The notes: a model not told the origin generated them from the sequence alone. DNA of 64,000 bases from Candidatus Nomurabacteria bacterium RIFCSPHIGHO2_02_FULL_42_19 (GCA_001785615.1 MFUG01000016.1:13752-77751); one strand, 5' to 3'. Counted from the stretch's first letter, positions 1 through 9,455 are shown. Translations and numbers: made by a program.

Positions 1-614
1 TCTATTTGTGAAATAGAAATACCGTTATTATTATTCATAATTTCACTATTTGAGATATTCACCGAATTTTTACCTTGGTCCTCAATGCCTATGAAATTTT
101 TCTCAAAAATTGAATCTGTTATCTGGACATCACTTGCTTCTCTAAGTGAAAGACCTCGCTCGGCATATCGAACCACAGCGTTGCTAAGCACAAGGCCTAA
201 ATTACCTCCGTAAGAGTAAATTCCACTCCAGAAATATTCTCCCGTTGTCAGGTCAGGGATAGTAGCGCTCCCGTCACCGTTTGTATCTCCCCCTATTTCA
301 TCATCTACCGAACTGGTAAAGTAAATTTTATTTGTTGATGTTCCAATGGCAAAAATGGTCCCGTCTTGATCCATCGTTATCCTGACGAAAGGAGCCAACT
401 TTACTATGACACCTGCTTCGATAGTTAAAGTTGTAGAACTAGCAATAGTAATGTCGCTATCCACGATGTATGGGCTGTTTGCCAATGTCCAAGTGGTATT
501 TGTATCTATAACTCCTGATACATAGGTTTCAGCAAAGGCACGAGAAGCAAAAGCCAGAAAAGCGAAAACAAATATAATAGTTCCTAATTTCAATGCCTTT
601 TTAGAAAAAGTCAT
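1..614 (-). CDS. secreted repeat protein, possibly parallel beta-helix (partial; C-terminus lies beyond window start)
   Basis: Minus-strand frame is open from ATG (612-614) to the window edge. N-terminus MTFSKKALKLGTIIFVFAFLAFASRAFA looks like a signal peptide. It is followed by repeated N/S/I/G-rich units (NAVVRYAERGLSL.., NISNSEIMNNNGISIS). Not in ORF track because the stop lies outside the window. Confidence 0.5.
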   Translation of the reverse strand, partial: MTFSKKALKLGTIIFVFAFLAFASRAFAETYVSGVIDTNTTWTLANSPYIVDSDITIASSTTLTIEAGVIVKLAPFVRITMDQDGTIFAIGTSTNKIYFTSSVDDEIGGDTNGDGSATIPDLTTGEYFWSGIYSYGGNLGLVLSNAVVRYAERGLSLREASDVQITDSIFEKNFIGIEDQGKNSVNISNSEIMNNNNGISISQI

Positions 615-698
615 AATTATCCGTATACTAGCAATTTAAAATGGAGAGTCAAGGGGAAGATAGGAATAGATGTTTTTTGGTCGTCGGGCATATATTTA

Positions 699-1418
699 TT
701 ATATTTTTCCCATAAAAACACGCTCTAAAATATCACTCTTGGCGATATTAGAACCAGTATCAGTAGCAACAATTTTGCCGTGAACCAACACATATGCGCG
801 ATTAGTAATCGGAAGAAGTGAGTGAAGGTTGTGTTCAACTACAAGAATAGCTGTTTTTTTATTTTGATTTATATCTTTAATCGTCTGAAATATTTCTTTG
901 ACAACTTTAGGTGAAAGGCCAAGCGTCGGCTCATCAAGAAGAAGAAGTTTTGGCTCTGTCATAAGCCCGCGAGCAGTGGAGAGAAGTTGTTGTTGCCCCC
1001 CAGAAAGAGTTCCAGCTAATTTATCGTGTTTCGCATGAAGTGCAGGAAAAAGATTAAAAAGATGTTCTGCTCGGCGCATGCATTCTTTATTATCCTTCAA
1101 AGAATATCCGCCAAGCTCTAAATTTTCCTTAACTGTTAAATTATTAAAAACCCTTCTCCCTTGTGGCACATATGCTACTCCCATTTTCACAAGCTCGTGT
1201 GGAGAAGGATATATTTTTTCTCCTTCTAAAAGAACATCGCCTATATGCGTTATCAATCCGAAAATTGCTTTTAAAATTGTTGACTTTCCGGCTCCGTTTG
1301 GACCCATTAATGCCACGATTTCTCCTTCGTCTATTGCAAGAGAAATATCGTGAATGATTTTTGTTTCATTATATCCAGCCGAAACATTTTTTAATTCAAG
1401 TAATAATCCTTTTTCCAT
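699..1418 (-). CDS. livF: branched-chain amino acid ABC transporter ATP-binding protein (LivF-like)
   Basis: Walker A GPNGAGKST, ABC signature LSGGQQQ, Walker B LLLLDEP. Last gene of a 5-gene Liv-type operon. Confidence 0.8.
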   Translation of the reverse strand: MEKGLLLELKNVSAGYNETKIIHDISLAIDEGEIVALMGPNGAGKSTILKAIFGLITHIGDVLLEGEKIYPSPHELVKMGVAYVPQGRRVFNNLTVKENLELGGYSLKDNKECMRRAEHLFNLFPALHAKHDKLAGTLSGGQQQLLSTARGLMTEPKLLLLDEPTLGLSPKVVKEIFQTIKDINQNKKTAILVVEHNLHSLLPITNRAYVLVHGKIVATDTGSNIAKSDILERVFMGKI

Positions 1419-1430
1419 ATCTTTAATATT

Positions 1431-2165
1431 CTATTCACCTAAATACGCTTCTAAAACAACTCTTTCAGTAAGTACTTTTTCGGGATGTCCTTCTGCTAAT
1501 AATTTACCTGCATCCATAACAATGAGATGGTCGCATAAATTTCTAATTATATTCATATTGTGTTCTACTAAAACAATTGTTTTTCCTTCTTGTTTTAATG
1601 CCTTGATAATATTTTCAATTTTTTTGATAATCTCTGGGAAAAGTCCAGCGAAGGGTTCGTCAAAAAGAATAATTTTTGTATCCATCGCTAGTACTCGCCC
1701 AATCTCTAGAAGTTTTTTCTGTCCATATGAAAGCTCTCCGGCATTATGGAAACGTTTTTCAAATAAATCAACTTGTTTCAAAATATCTTCAGCCTGACTA
1801 ATGTGATATTTGCTATGACGTTCAAAAAGTGCGAGAAAGGGATTACGCTCAGTTATTATTACTAAAATATTATCCAATACGCTCATTTGATCAAAAAGCT
1901 TAATCTGTTGAAAAGTGCGTGTGATATTATAAATCTGATTTTCCCAAGGCGTAATTTTTTTCCTTTCAGCACCTCCGAAAAATACTGATCCGCCGTCATG
2001 TAAAGAAAACCCCGATAATAAATTAATAAGTGTTGTTTTCCCGCTACCATTTGGACCCACAAGCCCAGTTATCTGCCCTTCTTGAATATTAACAGATAGG
2101 TGATCAACAGCGTGCACTCCGCCGAATGATTTTATTAATTCTTTTGTTTCAAGAATATTTTTCAT
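1431..2165 (-). CDS. livG: branched-chain amino acid ABC transporter ATP-binding protein (LivG-like)
   Basis: GPNGSGKTT Walker A, LSYGQKKLLEIGR signature, ILFDEP Walker B. Confidence 0.8.
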   Translation of the reverse strand: MKNILETKELIKSFGGVHAVDHLSVNIQEGQITGLVGPNGSGKTTLINLLSGFSLHDGGSVFFGGAERKKITPWENQIYNITRTFQQIKLFDQMSVLDNILVIITERNPFLALFERHSKYHISQAEDILKQVDLFEKRFHNAGELSYGQKKLLEIGRVLAMDTKIILFDEPFAGLFPEIIKKIENIIKALKQEGKTIVLVEHNMNIIRNLCDHLIVMDAGKLLAEGHPEKVLTERVVLEAYLGE

Positions 2166-3028
2166 AACTTATATTGACCTAAAATTCCTTTTGGTCGGTA
2201 AAGCATTAAGAAAACAAGCAAAAGTCCATATATGCATTGTCGCATAAGTCCTGCAATTTCGTTTGGAAATCCAAAAAATCGCAATGCTTCGGGAATTGTT
2301 ATTAGAAGCAGAGCCCCCAGCAATGCCCCACGATTTTTCGCTATGCCACCGAGAATAATCATCGCCCAAAGAAGAATGGACTCATTCACAGTAAATAAAT
2401 TTGCATCAATAAAAGTTATATAACTTGCCAAAAGCACTCCGCCTAAAGACGAGAGCATTGCGCCAATTACAAAAACCATTAATTTATAAGTTGAGGTTTT
2501 ATACCCAAAAATTTTTAAAGCATCTTCATCTTCCCGAATGGCATTCAAAACACGTCCAAAAGACGAACGAGAAATAAAATAACAAATCCCTATGACAATA
2601 AAAAGAACAATGAGCGCAAGGACAAGGAAAGAAAAAGGTGTATCAAAAGTTAAACTAAAAATATGCGGCTTGGGGATTCCAGCTATACCGAAAGATCCGC
2701 CGGTTACATTTTCCCAATTTCTAACAACAGTATTAAAAATCATTAAAAAGCCAAGGGTCGCAAGCAGAAAATAATCATCACGAAAGCGTGCAAAACTTAT
2801 TCCAATGCCAAGAGCAATTAATCCCGCAACTATTGGCGCAATAATTAAAGTTGTAAAAATATTAAAGCCAAATGCTGTAGCTAAGATTGCCGCTGTGTAA
2901 GCGCCGATTCCATAAAAAGCGGCCCCAGCAATAGTAAGTAGTCCAGCCGATCCCATTACTAAATTTTGGGCAAGAGCTAAAATGCCGTAGATAGAGATAA
3001 GTATAGTGATGTGAAAAATATACTCCAT
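2162..3028 (-). CDS. livM: ABC transporter permease (LivM-like)
   Basis: Multi-TM hydrophobic protein of HAAT permease size. Lies between the LivH-like and LivG-like genes, with a 4-nt overlap to livG. Confidence 0.7.
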   Translation of the reverse strand: MEYIFHITILISIYGILALAQNLVMGSAGLLTIAGAAFYGIGAYTAAILATAFGFNIFTTLIIAPIVAGLIALGIGISFARFRDDYFLLATLGFLMIFNTVVRNWENVTGGSFGIAGIPKPHIFSLTFDTPFSFLVLALIVLFIVIGICYFISRSSFGRVLNAIREDEDALKIFGYKTSTYKLMVFVIGAMLSSLGGVLLASYITFIDANLFTVNESILLWAMIILGGIAKNRGALLGALLLITIPEALRFFGFPNEIAGLMRQCIYGLLLVFLMLYRPKGILGQYKL

Positions 3029-3029
3029 A

Positions 3030-3893
3030 TCATTTTTTTAATATTCCTTCTGGCCTCACTAAAAGCACAATGATAAGAATTACGAATGGCACTGCTTGTT
3101 CCCAGCTTCCCCCAAAAAACACAACAGTTAATTTTTGCGCTATTGCTAAAATGAAAGCGCCGATAATCCCGCCCCAAAAACTTCTTATTCCGCCAAGTAC
3201 AGATATAACTATTACTGGAAGCATAAAGAGTAGTCCGGAAGCTGGTACAATACCCACATTCAATCCTTGAATTATTCCACCCAAGCCCGCAAGCGCTCCC
3301 CCAATAAAGAAAAGTTGGGAAAATATTTTTCCTTTGGGTATGCCTACGAGCTCTGCTACTTCACTATCATCTTCCACTGCCCTAATTACACGCCCAAAAT
3401 GTGTTTTGAAATAAATAAAAGCAAAAATACAGATCAGAGTAAAAATAATGATAATAGCTAATGCCTCTACTATATTTAATGTTCCGCCAAAGATATTTAA
3501 AGAATGAATATCGCTCAAACGACGCGCAATGATCGTAGCTTGGCTACCAAAAATCATACCTAACACGGAAGATGTAGCGGTTAGAAAACCAAAGGAAGCA
3601 ATCAGGAGAACGAAGTTGTTGGCTTTTCGATTGATAAGGAAACTAAAAATAAATTTATGTGATAAAAAAAGATATAACCCTGAAATAAAAAGGCTTAGAA
3701 AAATAGCGGGGATAAAAGAAATAACAAGCACGCGGTAAAATAAAAACATCATGTACCCCCCAACGAGGAACGCTCCACCATAAGCAACATTAAAAAACTT
3801 CACGCTACGTAAAATAAATCCAAAACCTATAACTAATAAAGAGTATAAAACGCCAGCATAAAGGATATATAAAATTATTTGCCAAGTTATCAT
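3030..3893 (-). CDS. livH: ABC transporter permease (LivH-like)
   Basis: Multi-TM permease adjacent to the substrate-binding protein gene. Operon order SBP-H-M-G-F. Confidence 0.7.
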   Translation of the reverse strand: MITWQIILYILYAGVLYSLLVIGFGFILRSVKFFNVAYGGAFLVGGYMMFLFYRVLVISFIPAIFLSLFISGLYLFLSHKFIFSFLINRKANNFVLLIASFGFLTATSSVLGMIFGSQATIIARRLSDIHSLNIFGGTLNIVEALAIIIIFTLICIFAFIYFKTHFGRVIRAVEDDSEVAELVGIPKGKIFSQLFFIGGALAGLGGIIQGLNVGIVPASGLLFMLPVIVISVLGGIRSFWGGIIGAFILAIAQKLTVVFFGGSWEQAVPFVILIIVLLVRPEGILKK

Positions 3894-3967
3894 CGTGTTT
3901 TGCCTGCTAATTATACAACAAAACGAGCCACATGTGGCTCGTTTTGCATACTCTAAAGCGGTAAGTA

Positions 3968-5110
3968 TTACTGAGACACTTCCGTTAGTTTTCCGCCCAA
4001 AGCTCTTTTGATAATGTAAGCCGCTGTTGTAGGATCACCATTATTATCAAACATAACTTCCGCTGAACCAACTCCGCCTGTGTATTTAATTTTGGATAAT
4101 GCATCTTTAACTGCTGTTTTACTTACTGAATCAGCTTTATTTATTGCAGCCGCCAATATTTTCAATCCATCGTAGGCATAATTAGAACAGTAAATAAGAT
4201 CATCTTTCCCAAGTTTTGCTTTCATCTTTGCCTTAAAATCTGCGCTTGAATTTGTACCAACAACAGTAAACATTGCTCCGTCGCCGAGAGTTCCTAATTC
4301 ACTCCAAATTTTTGTATCATCCCAAGCATCAGCTCCGAAAAATTGCGCCTTGATTCCGAGATCGTGTGCTTGCTTAAGACCAGCGATTGAGGGATCTGTA
4401 TAACCCGCAAAATAAACTGCATCTACATTCATTCCTTTAATCGTAGTAAGTTGTGCTTTTAAATCTTTTGACGCAGGATCAAATGAATCAGACGAAACAA
4501 TTACACCGCCTGCTTTGGTAAATGCATCAGTAAATGCCTTTTTTAAACCATCACCCCAATCATCCTTACTGGTAAGCAGGGCAACATTTTTCATACCTTT
4601 GCCCATTAAATAATTTGCTGCGTAGTTCGCTTGAAAGAAATCAGAGGGAACATTTCTAAATATATAATCTCCTGCTTGGCTGACAGTTGGGTTAGTAGAA
4701 CAATAAGAGAGCATGGGAACTTTTGCCGCTTCAGCAATAGGCGCTGCGCCAAGGGTTGCTCCTGAACATGCCGCTCCTAAAATTGCCACAACTTTATCCG
4801 TATTTATAAGTTTTGATACTGCGTTAGCTGCAGTAGCGCCACTACAACCATCATCTTCATAAATTACTTCAACATTCTTACCCAATACTCCTCCGGCATT
4901 ATTTATTTCATCAACTGCAATCGCTATAGCTGCTTGGGCATTTTGTCCGATGTTGGCTGTATCGCCAGAAAGCGGTCCCATGAAACCTATTTTCACAGTT
5001 TCAGAATCAGTGCCACTTTTCTTAGACATTGAAGATAACCCAAAAATAACAAGAACTACAACCACTATCCCCACAACAATTTTCGCTGTTTTATTCATAA
5101 ATAATAGCAA
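3968..5110 (-). CDS. ABC transporter substrate-binding protein (type I periplasmic binding fold, Liv family), N-terminal membrane anchor
   Basis: N-terminal TM segment. Motifs KIGFMGPLSGDTA..GQ and FAGYTDP are typical of LivJ/K-like binding proteins. Confidence 0.75.
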   Translation of the reverse strand: MLLFMNKTAKIVVGIVVVVLVIFGLSSMSKKSGTDSETVKIGFMGPLSGDTANIGQNAQAAIAIAVDEINNAGGVLGKNVEVIYEDDGCSGATAANAVSKLINTDKVVAILGAACSGATLGAAPIAEAAKVPMLSYCSTNPTVSQAGDYIFRNVPSDFFQANYAANYLMGKGMKNVALLTSKDDWGDGLKKAFTDAFTKAGGVIVSSDSFDPASKDLKAQLTTIKGMNVDAVYFAGYTDPSIAGLKQAHDLGIKAQFFGADAWDDTKIWSELGTLGDGAMFTVVGTNSSADFKAKMKAKLGKDDLIYCSNYAYDGLKILAAAINKADSVSKTAVKDALSKIKYTGGVGSAEVMFDNNGDPTTAAYIIKRALGGKLTEVSQ

Positions 5111-5190
5111 CTTAAAACTAATAATAGACCAAATAATAAAATGCGTAAATCTTACATTATTCTATATAATATAAACTAATTGTCAACATA

Positions 5191-5238
5191 TTTTTAAAAA
5201 AGATGGCCACGCGGTTCCCGTTAGGGTTCCGCGTGGCC
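5191..5238 (-). terminator. rho-independent terminator (minus-strand sense)
   Basis: Perfect 10-bp GC stem ggccacgcgg/ccgcgtggcc (5205-5238). On the minus strand it is followed by ATCTTTTTTAAAAA. Confidence 0.6.
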
Positions 5239-5418
5239 GGCGATCAGAACACGCTGTTAATGCCAGCGCCTGCAAGACGGGCACGGAATTCGCCCATCCC
5301 CTTTCCACTATCGCGCGCCAGCGCGCGACCGATTTTTTCGCAGAAGTTCACGATTGTCCGTCCTCTTGGACTCGAATCCCGAAGAAAAGCATAACTTTCT
5401 ACGGGACAGGCCAAGAAC
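5239..5418 (-). ncRNA. GC-rich hairpin-dense element downstream of the tRNA (candidate structured ncRNA, identity unknown)
   Basis: About 180 nt at roughly 60% GC in an AT-rich genome. It carries several perfect GC stems (tcgcgcgc/gcgcgcga) and tRNA-T-arm-like GGACTCGAATCC. It sits between the tRNA and the terminator with no credible ORF. Confidence 0.3.
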
Positions 5419-5493
5419 TGGTGCACGTGCCTGGACTCGAACCAGGAACCTGTCGCGTATAAGGCGAAAGCTCTACCATTGAGCTACACGTGC
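5419..5493 (-). tRNA. tRNA-Ile (anticodon UAU), CCA encoded
   Basis: Reverse complement is GCACGTG-TA-GCTC-AATGGTA-GAGC-T-TTCGC-CTTATAC-GCGAC-AGGTT-CCTGG-TTCGAGT-CCAGG-CACGTGC-ACCA. Clean 75-nt cloverleaf with a 27:43 mismatch. Central loop triplet is TAT. Confidence 0.7.
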
Positions 5494-5526
5494 ATGTTTC
5501 AATACTACAAAATTATGGGGAAAAAG

Positions 5527-7452
5527 CTAGCTGGCAACTTCAAGCTTCGCTTTTTCTTCTCGTTTCTTCGGTATTATGCCGTGAGCGATTATTATTTTTT
5601 CGTATTCTTCTTGTTCCAAGGTTTCAACTTCAACGAGCTTTTGGGCAATAGCGTCAAAGGCCTTGCGGTGTTCTTTAAGCACACTCCCCGCGGACGCTAT
5701 TCCGTTGTTTATTATCTTTAAGACCTCCGCATCCACTTTCGCGGACACTATTTCCGAATATCCTTCTTCCCTAACTTCGCCCCATTCCACTCTGCGGCCA
5801 CCACGGTCGAGCGCCACTGGACCGATAACATCCGACATCCCGAAGCGGGTCACCATCGCCCGAGCTAAATTCGTCGCTACCTGAAGATCGCTAGATGGCC
5901 CTGTGGTGATATCCCCGAAAATCATTTTTTCCGCTACGTATCCGCCTAAAGACATGGCAATATCGTCGATGAATTCTTTTTTGGACTGAAGGCGCTTCTC
6001 TTCAATCGGCAATTTCAAAGTATAGCCCCCGGCGCTCCCGCGAGCGATAATGGAGACCTTGTGCACTGGATCAGCATAAGGTAAAACGGAAGCGACCAGG
6101 GCATGTCCGGCTTCATGGTAAGCGGTAATTTCTTTTTCTTTTTTAGAAAGTAAGTGGCTTTTGCGTTCCGGGCCGAGCATTACTTTCTCAATCGCCCGAA
6201 TGAGGTCAAATTGGAAGACCTTTTTGCGGTTTTCGCGAGCGGCCAGAATCGCGCCTTCATTCATCAGGGAATATAAATCAGCGCCGGAGAATCCCGGCGT
6301 GCGCTCGGCAATTAATGTTAAATTAATATCTTCCGCCAGTGGCTTTTTTACGGCATGAATTTTTAATATCTCTTCTCGATCTTTGCGATCCGGCATGTCT
6401 AGGAGAACTTTCCGGTCAAAGCGTCCGGGGCGGATCAGAGCCGGGTCAAGCACATCGGGCCGGTTGGTCGCCGCCATTACAATAACTTTTTCATTCGGTT
6501 CAAAGCCGTCCATTTCCACTAGAATTTGATTTAGGGTTTGCTCGCGTTCGTCATTCCCTCCGCCAAAGCCGCCCCCGCGAGTCCGCCCGATGGCGTCTAT
6601 TTCATCCACGAAGATAATGGCCGGAGCCGCCTTTTTCGCCATCTTAAATAAATCGCGCACGCGGGATGCGCCCACTCCCACAAACATCTCAACAAATTCA
6701 CTGCCAGAGAGATGAAAGAATGGCACATTGGCTTCGCCGGCGACGGCGCGAGCGAGCATCGTTTTTCCCGTTCCGGGTGCTCCTGTCAGTATTACGCCTT
6801 TCGGAATCCTGGCGCCAATATCCAAGAACTTTTTCGGGCTTTTCAAAAAATCCACGATTTCTTTCAATTCTTCTTTCGCCTCTCGGCAGCCGGCCACATC
6901 CTTGAAAGTTACTTTATTATTTTTATCGTTCGGGTCAGTGATGCGCGCCTTGGACTGGCCGAAAGTCATGGCCTGAATGCCGGCGCCTTTTACCTGGCGC
7001 GATAAATACCAAAAGAAAAATACAATAAACAAAATCGGCAAGAGGAAAGGCAAAATATTCAGAAGCCAAAAACCAAAACCGCTTTCATTTTTTACTTCGA
7101 TGGCTGTGCTCGAAAGCGCTTCAGGCCCTACCCCATAGTTAAAGAGTGTCTGGGAAAGCGAAGACCCGGTTTCTTTCTTGGACTGTTTTATTTCTTTGTT
7201 TTTATAAGTAATAGTTAGTTTTTCTCCCTCCACTAAAATTTTGGCCACTTCGCCCGCACTGACGCTCTTCGCCAAGTCCGAAATAGCTACTTCGGGCATC
7301 TCTTTTGCGGTGTCGGAGACCACTAAATAAAGTCCAGTAATGAGCATGAAAATCAAGAGCGCTCCAGCAATATTGCCCGAGAATTTGCTCCTGCTATTCC
7401 CCTTTTTCATTTTATTCGGCTCACTGTTCTGGCCCAGAAAGTTAAAATCCAT
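5527..7452 (-). CDS. ftsH: ATP-dependent zinc metalloprotease FtsH
   Basis: N-terminal TMs, AAA Walker A GAPGTGKT, second region of homology, HEAGHA zinc motif. 641 aa. Confidence 0.95.
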   Translation of the reverse strand: MDFNFLGQNSEPNKMKKGNSRSKFSGNIAGALLIFMLITGLYLVVSDTAKEMPEVAISDLAKSVSAGEVAKILVEGEKLTITYKNKEIKQSKKETGSSLSQTLFNYGVGPEALSSTAIEVKNESGFGFWLLNILPFLLPILFIVFFFWYLSRQVKGAGIQAMTFGQSKARITDPNDKNNKVTFKDVAGCREAKEELKEIVDFLKSPKKFLDIGARIPKGVILTGAPGTGKTMLARAVAGEANVPFFHLSGSEFVEMFVGVGASRVRDLFKMAKKAAPAIIFVDEIDAIGRTRGGGFGGGNDEREQTLNQILVEMDGFEPNEKVIVMAATNRPDVLDPALIRPGRFDRKVLLDMPDRKDREEILKIHAVKKPLAEDINLTLIAERTPGFSGADLYSLMNEGAILAARENRKKVFQFDLIRAIEKVMLGPERKSHLLSKKEKEITAYHEAGHALVASVLPYADPVHKVSIIARGSAGGYTLKLPIEEKRLQSKKEFIDDIAMSLGGYVAEKMIFGDITTGPSSDLQVATNLARAMVTRFGMSDVIGPVALDRGGRRVEWGEVREEGYSEIVSAKVDAEVLKIINNGIASAGSVLKEHRKAFDAIAQKLVEVETLEQEEYEKIIIAHGIIPKKREEKAKLEVAS

Positions 7453-7516
7453 ATAAAGAGGTTAGCACAAAAAATACAAAAATCAAAGAAGAAATATTTA
7501 TGCTAATATTAAGTTC

Positions 7517-7963
7517 ATGGCTCATTACGCCGAAAACAGAAAAGCGCGATTTAATTATGAAGTATTGGAAAAATACGAGGCGGGTATTGAGCTTTTCGGT
7601 ACGGAAGTAAAGTCAGTGCGAGGAGGGCAGATGTCGCTCGAGGGTGCCTTCGTGATTGTTCGCGGTGGAGAAGCGTATTTAATTAATGCAAATGTTCCTT
7701 CATATCAGCCGAAAAACGCACCGAAGGACTACGATCCTTTACGCAATAGAAAACTTTTACTGACAAAAAAGGAAATTTCCACACTTTCGGGTAGCGAGAA
7801 AAATAAAAGTTTGACAATTGTGCCTATTTCAGTGTATAATAAAGGGAGGAAGATAAAGGTAGAAATTGCACTCGTGAAAGGGAAGAAAAAATATGACAAG
7901 CGTGAGAGTATAAAGAAGCGCGACACGGATCGTGAGATACGAAGAGAGTACAAAGCACGTTGA
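7517..7963 (+). CDS. smpB: SsrA-binding protein SmpB
   Basis: ENRKARFNYEVLEKYEAGIELFGTEVKSVR is the canonical SmpB N-terminus. Ends with TGA stop. Confidence 0.92.
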   Translation: MAHYAENRKARFNYEVLEKYEAGIELFGTEVKSVRGGQMSLEGAFVIVRGGEAYLINANVPSYQPKNAPKDYDPLRNRKLLLTKKEISTLSGSEKNKSLTIVPISVYNKGRKIKVEIALVKGKKKYDKRESIKKRDTDREIRREYKAR

Positions 7964-7975
7964 AAATAGAAACAT

Positions 7976-8373
7976 GGGGATGCAAGGCCTAGACAGTTGG
8001 CCTCTTGCCCTTGATGCATACCGAGCATGGGCGTAATCTCGTAAAACTTCGCTCAATAGCTTAATTGCAAAATTAGCTTCCAAAGTGAAGGCAATTGCTT
8101 CTCCGTACTTCGGTATGGGTGAGTTTGCTTTCGCTCACGTTTCCGCTTCGGCTTAAGCGTGTGTCTCTCTTATTGACTTCCGATAAATAAGACGGGCATA
8201 ACATTATCGGGATAGCCCCGACGCGGCTTCGCCGTCGGGGCAAAACATAGAAGATCGATTGAAAAATATTTGGCGCGTTTCTTAATTTTTTAATTTAAAC
8301 CTGCAAGCGCGCTATGTATGTAGATTTTAAGGCAGGCACCTTCTGCACGGGGATTCGATTTCCCCCATCTCCA
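7976..8373 (+). ncRNA. ssrA: tmRNA (ssrA)
   Basis: 5' GGGGAUG pairs with 3' CAUCUCC-A, including the G3:U70 alanine identity pair. The 3' T-arm is GGGGA-TTCGATT-TCCCC. GAUGCAUACCGAG matches the conserved PK1 region (E. coli GGUGCAUGCCGAG). In-frame tag ORF GCA..GCT TAA gives AKLASKVKAIASPYFGMGEFAFAHVSASA*. Lies immediately downstream of smpB. Confidence 0.8.
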
Positions 8374-8385
8374 CAATCATTGGTA

Positions 8386-8413
8386 TTGACATCTTTTTTG
8401 GGTTTGCTATACT
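8386..8413 (+). promoter_or_regulatory. sigma70-like promoter (TTGACA-16nt-TATACT) for the relB-like gene
   Basis: TTGACA at 8386-8391 and TATACT at 8408-8413, about 28 nt upstream of the ATG at 8442. Confidence 0.5.
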
Positions 8414-8441
8414 GTATATATATTAGATATAAAAAAGATAT

Positions 8442-8720
8442 ATGACCACACAAGTAATTTTTAGAATAGATAAGAAGATTAAAGCCCAAGCTCAAAAGAA
8501 AGCCAAAGGTAGCGGTTTAACCTTTTCTGATATTTTGCAAATGGCGACTTATGCCTATGTTAAAGACGACTTTGAGCCCGTGTTAATGCGAAAAGAGGAA
8601 AGATTTAACGACAAAACGGCTCGCGAAATTCATTCAGCCCTTTCCGATATTGCTAAAAACAAAAATCTATCCCGTAGTTTTTTCTCTGTGAAAGAAGCTA
8701 CAAAATATCTCAGTAAATAA
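8442..8720 (+). CDS. RelB/DinJ-family antitoxin
   Basis: MTTQVIFRIDKKIKAQAQKKAKGSGLTFSDIL matches the DinJ/RelB RHH pattern (xxVxxRIDxxxKxxAxxxxxxxGLTxSd). Stop is 1 nt before the toxin ATG. Confidence 0.75.
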   Translation: MTTQVIFRIDKKIKAQAQKKAKGSGLTFSDILQMATYAYVKDDFEPVLMRKEERFNDKTAREIHSALSDIAKNKNLSRSFFSVKEATKYLSK

Positions 8721-8721
8721 A

Positions 8722-8989
8722 ATGATTATTGTTTTTCAAGGGATTTTTGAGAAGAAATGAAGGAAGCTCTCACCGAAGATAAAAAAACAGTTTTACAACC
8801 GACTAGTTTTATTTCAAAAGAATAGATTTGACCCAATCCTAAATAACCACAGAATTGAAAAAAGATTTCCGGACTGTCGAAGTATTAATATAACAGGTGA
8901 CTACCGTGCTATTTTTAAGGAAGATAAAGAAGACGTCATTTCTTTCATCAATATCGGCACACATTCGGAATTATACTAGTAATACTAGT
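8722..8989 (+). pseudogene. RelE/ParE-family toxin with in-frame TGA at codon 13 (probable inactivated toxin)
   Basis: Single frame reads MIIVFQGIFEKK-TGA-RKLSPKIKKQFYNRLVLFQKNRFDPILNNHRIEKRFPDCRSINITGDYRAIFKEDKEDVISFINIGTHSELY*. The C-terminal GDYR(A)I(F)...I..IGHR/Y signature of RelE/ParE is intact. TGA at 8758-8760. Confidence 0.7.
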
Positions 8990-9066
8990 GAGGACGGTTC
9001 TCGCTAACCAAAAATCTCATATATATAAATTTCTTTGCAACTTTTTTAGAGTGATTTTTCCCCTAT

Positions 9067-9387
9067 CTAGGAAATAACCTCGTCTCCGTTTTGTCCCATA
9101 CTATTTCTATATTCTCCAACAGCTTGATGGGTTCCTATTGCAGTTACAACATCTTTAATTGACAATGATGTATTTAATCGTTCAAATTCCCTAACGTGTT
9201 CCTTTAATCGTTTGACTAATTCTCCAACAGAAGAAGTCCTTTCAACCCCAAGAGTTTGGTACATTAATCTCAAGTTGCTCTCAAGTCGTACAACTTCTCC
9301 AACCTTTAAACCCTTAAGACCAAGAACTTCCATAGAGATTTTTTGTTCACCACCTTTTGAACCTGGCGCACTGTTGAATTGATTCAT
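9067..9387 (-). CDS. hypothetical protein (106 aa)
   Basis: Clean ORF with no recognised motif. Confidence 0.4.
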   Translation of the reverse strand: MNQFNSAPGSKGGEQKISMEVLGLKGLKVGEVVRLESNLRLMYQTLGVERTSSVGELVKRLKEHVREFERLNTSLSIKDVVTAIGTHQAVGEYRNSMGQNGDEVIS

Positions 9388-9426
9388 GGTTAAATTATAG
9401 ACCTTGCTATAAAGGTGTCAAGTTGT

Positions 9427-9455
9427 TGACTTTAAGGCCTAAATACGCTATTATC
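9427..9455 (+). promoter_or_regulatory. sigma70-like promoter TTGACT-17nt-TATTAT upstream of infC
   Basis: TTGACT at 9427-9432, 17-nt spacer, TATTAT at 9450-9455. Confidence 0.55.

Noticed and set aside
1078-1797. Antisense ORFs listed in the track opposite strongly supported genes (e.g. 1078-1353, 1354-1797, 2232-2423, 6666-7005, 16244-16816, 22564-22869, 23026-23682, 26947-27477, 39345-40049)
   Set aside because: Each lies fully inside a gene with unambiguous family motifs on the other strand, and none has a recognisable family motif. Treated as shadow ORFs.
5360-5395. A plus-strand tRNA suggested by GGACTCGAATCC
   Set aside because: No acceptor/D/anticodon stems can be paired around it.
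5239-5418. SRP RNA, 5S rRNA or a second tRNA in the GC-rich tail next to tRNA-Ile
   Set aside because: No GGAAGCAGC-type SRP helix-8 motif and no 5S loop-C/loop-E signatures. The T-arm-like GGACTCGAATCC does not sit in a foldable cloverleaf.
8295-8495. 66-aa minus-strand ORF overlapping the tmRNA 3' end and the relB promoter
   Set aside because: Overlaps a well-supported ncRNA and a promoter. No coding signal.
8722-8989. Alternative genetic code (UGA=Gly, code 25) as the explanation for the in-frame TGA in the RelE-like gene
   Set aside because: smpB (7961-7963) and other confidently identified genes terminate at TGA at positions matching homolog C-termini. So TGA functions as a stop here.
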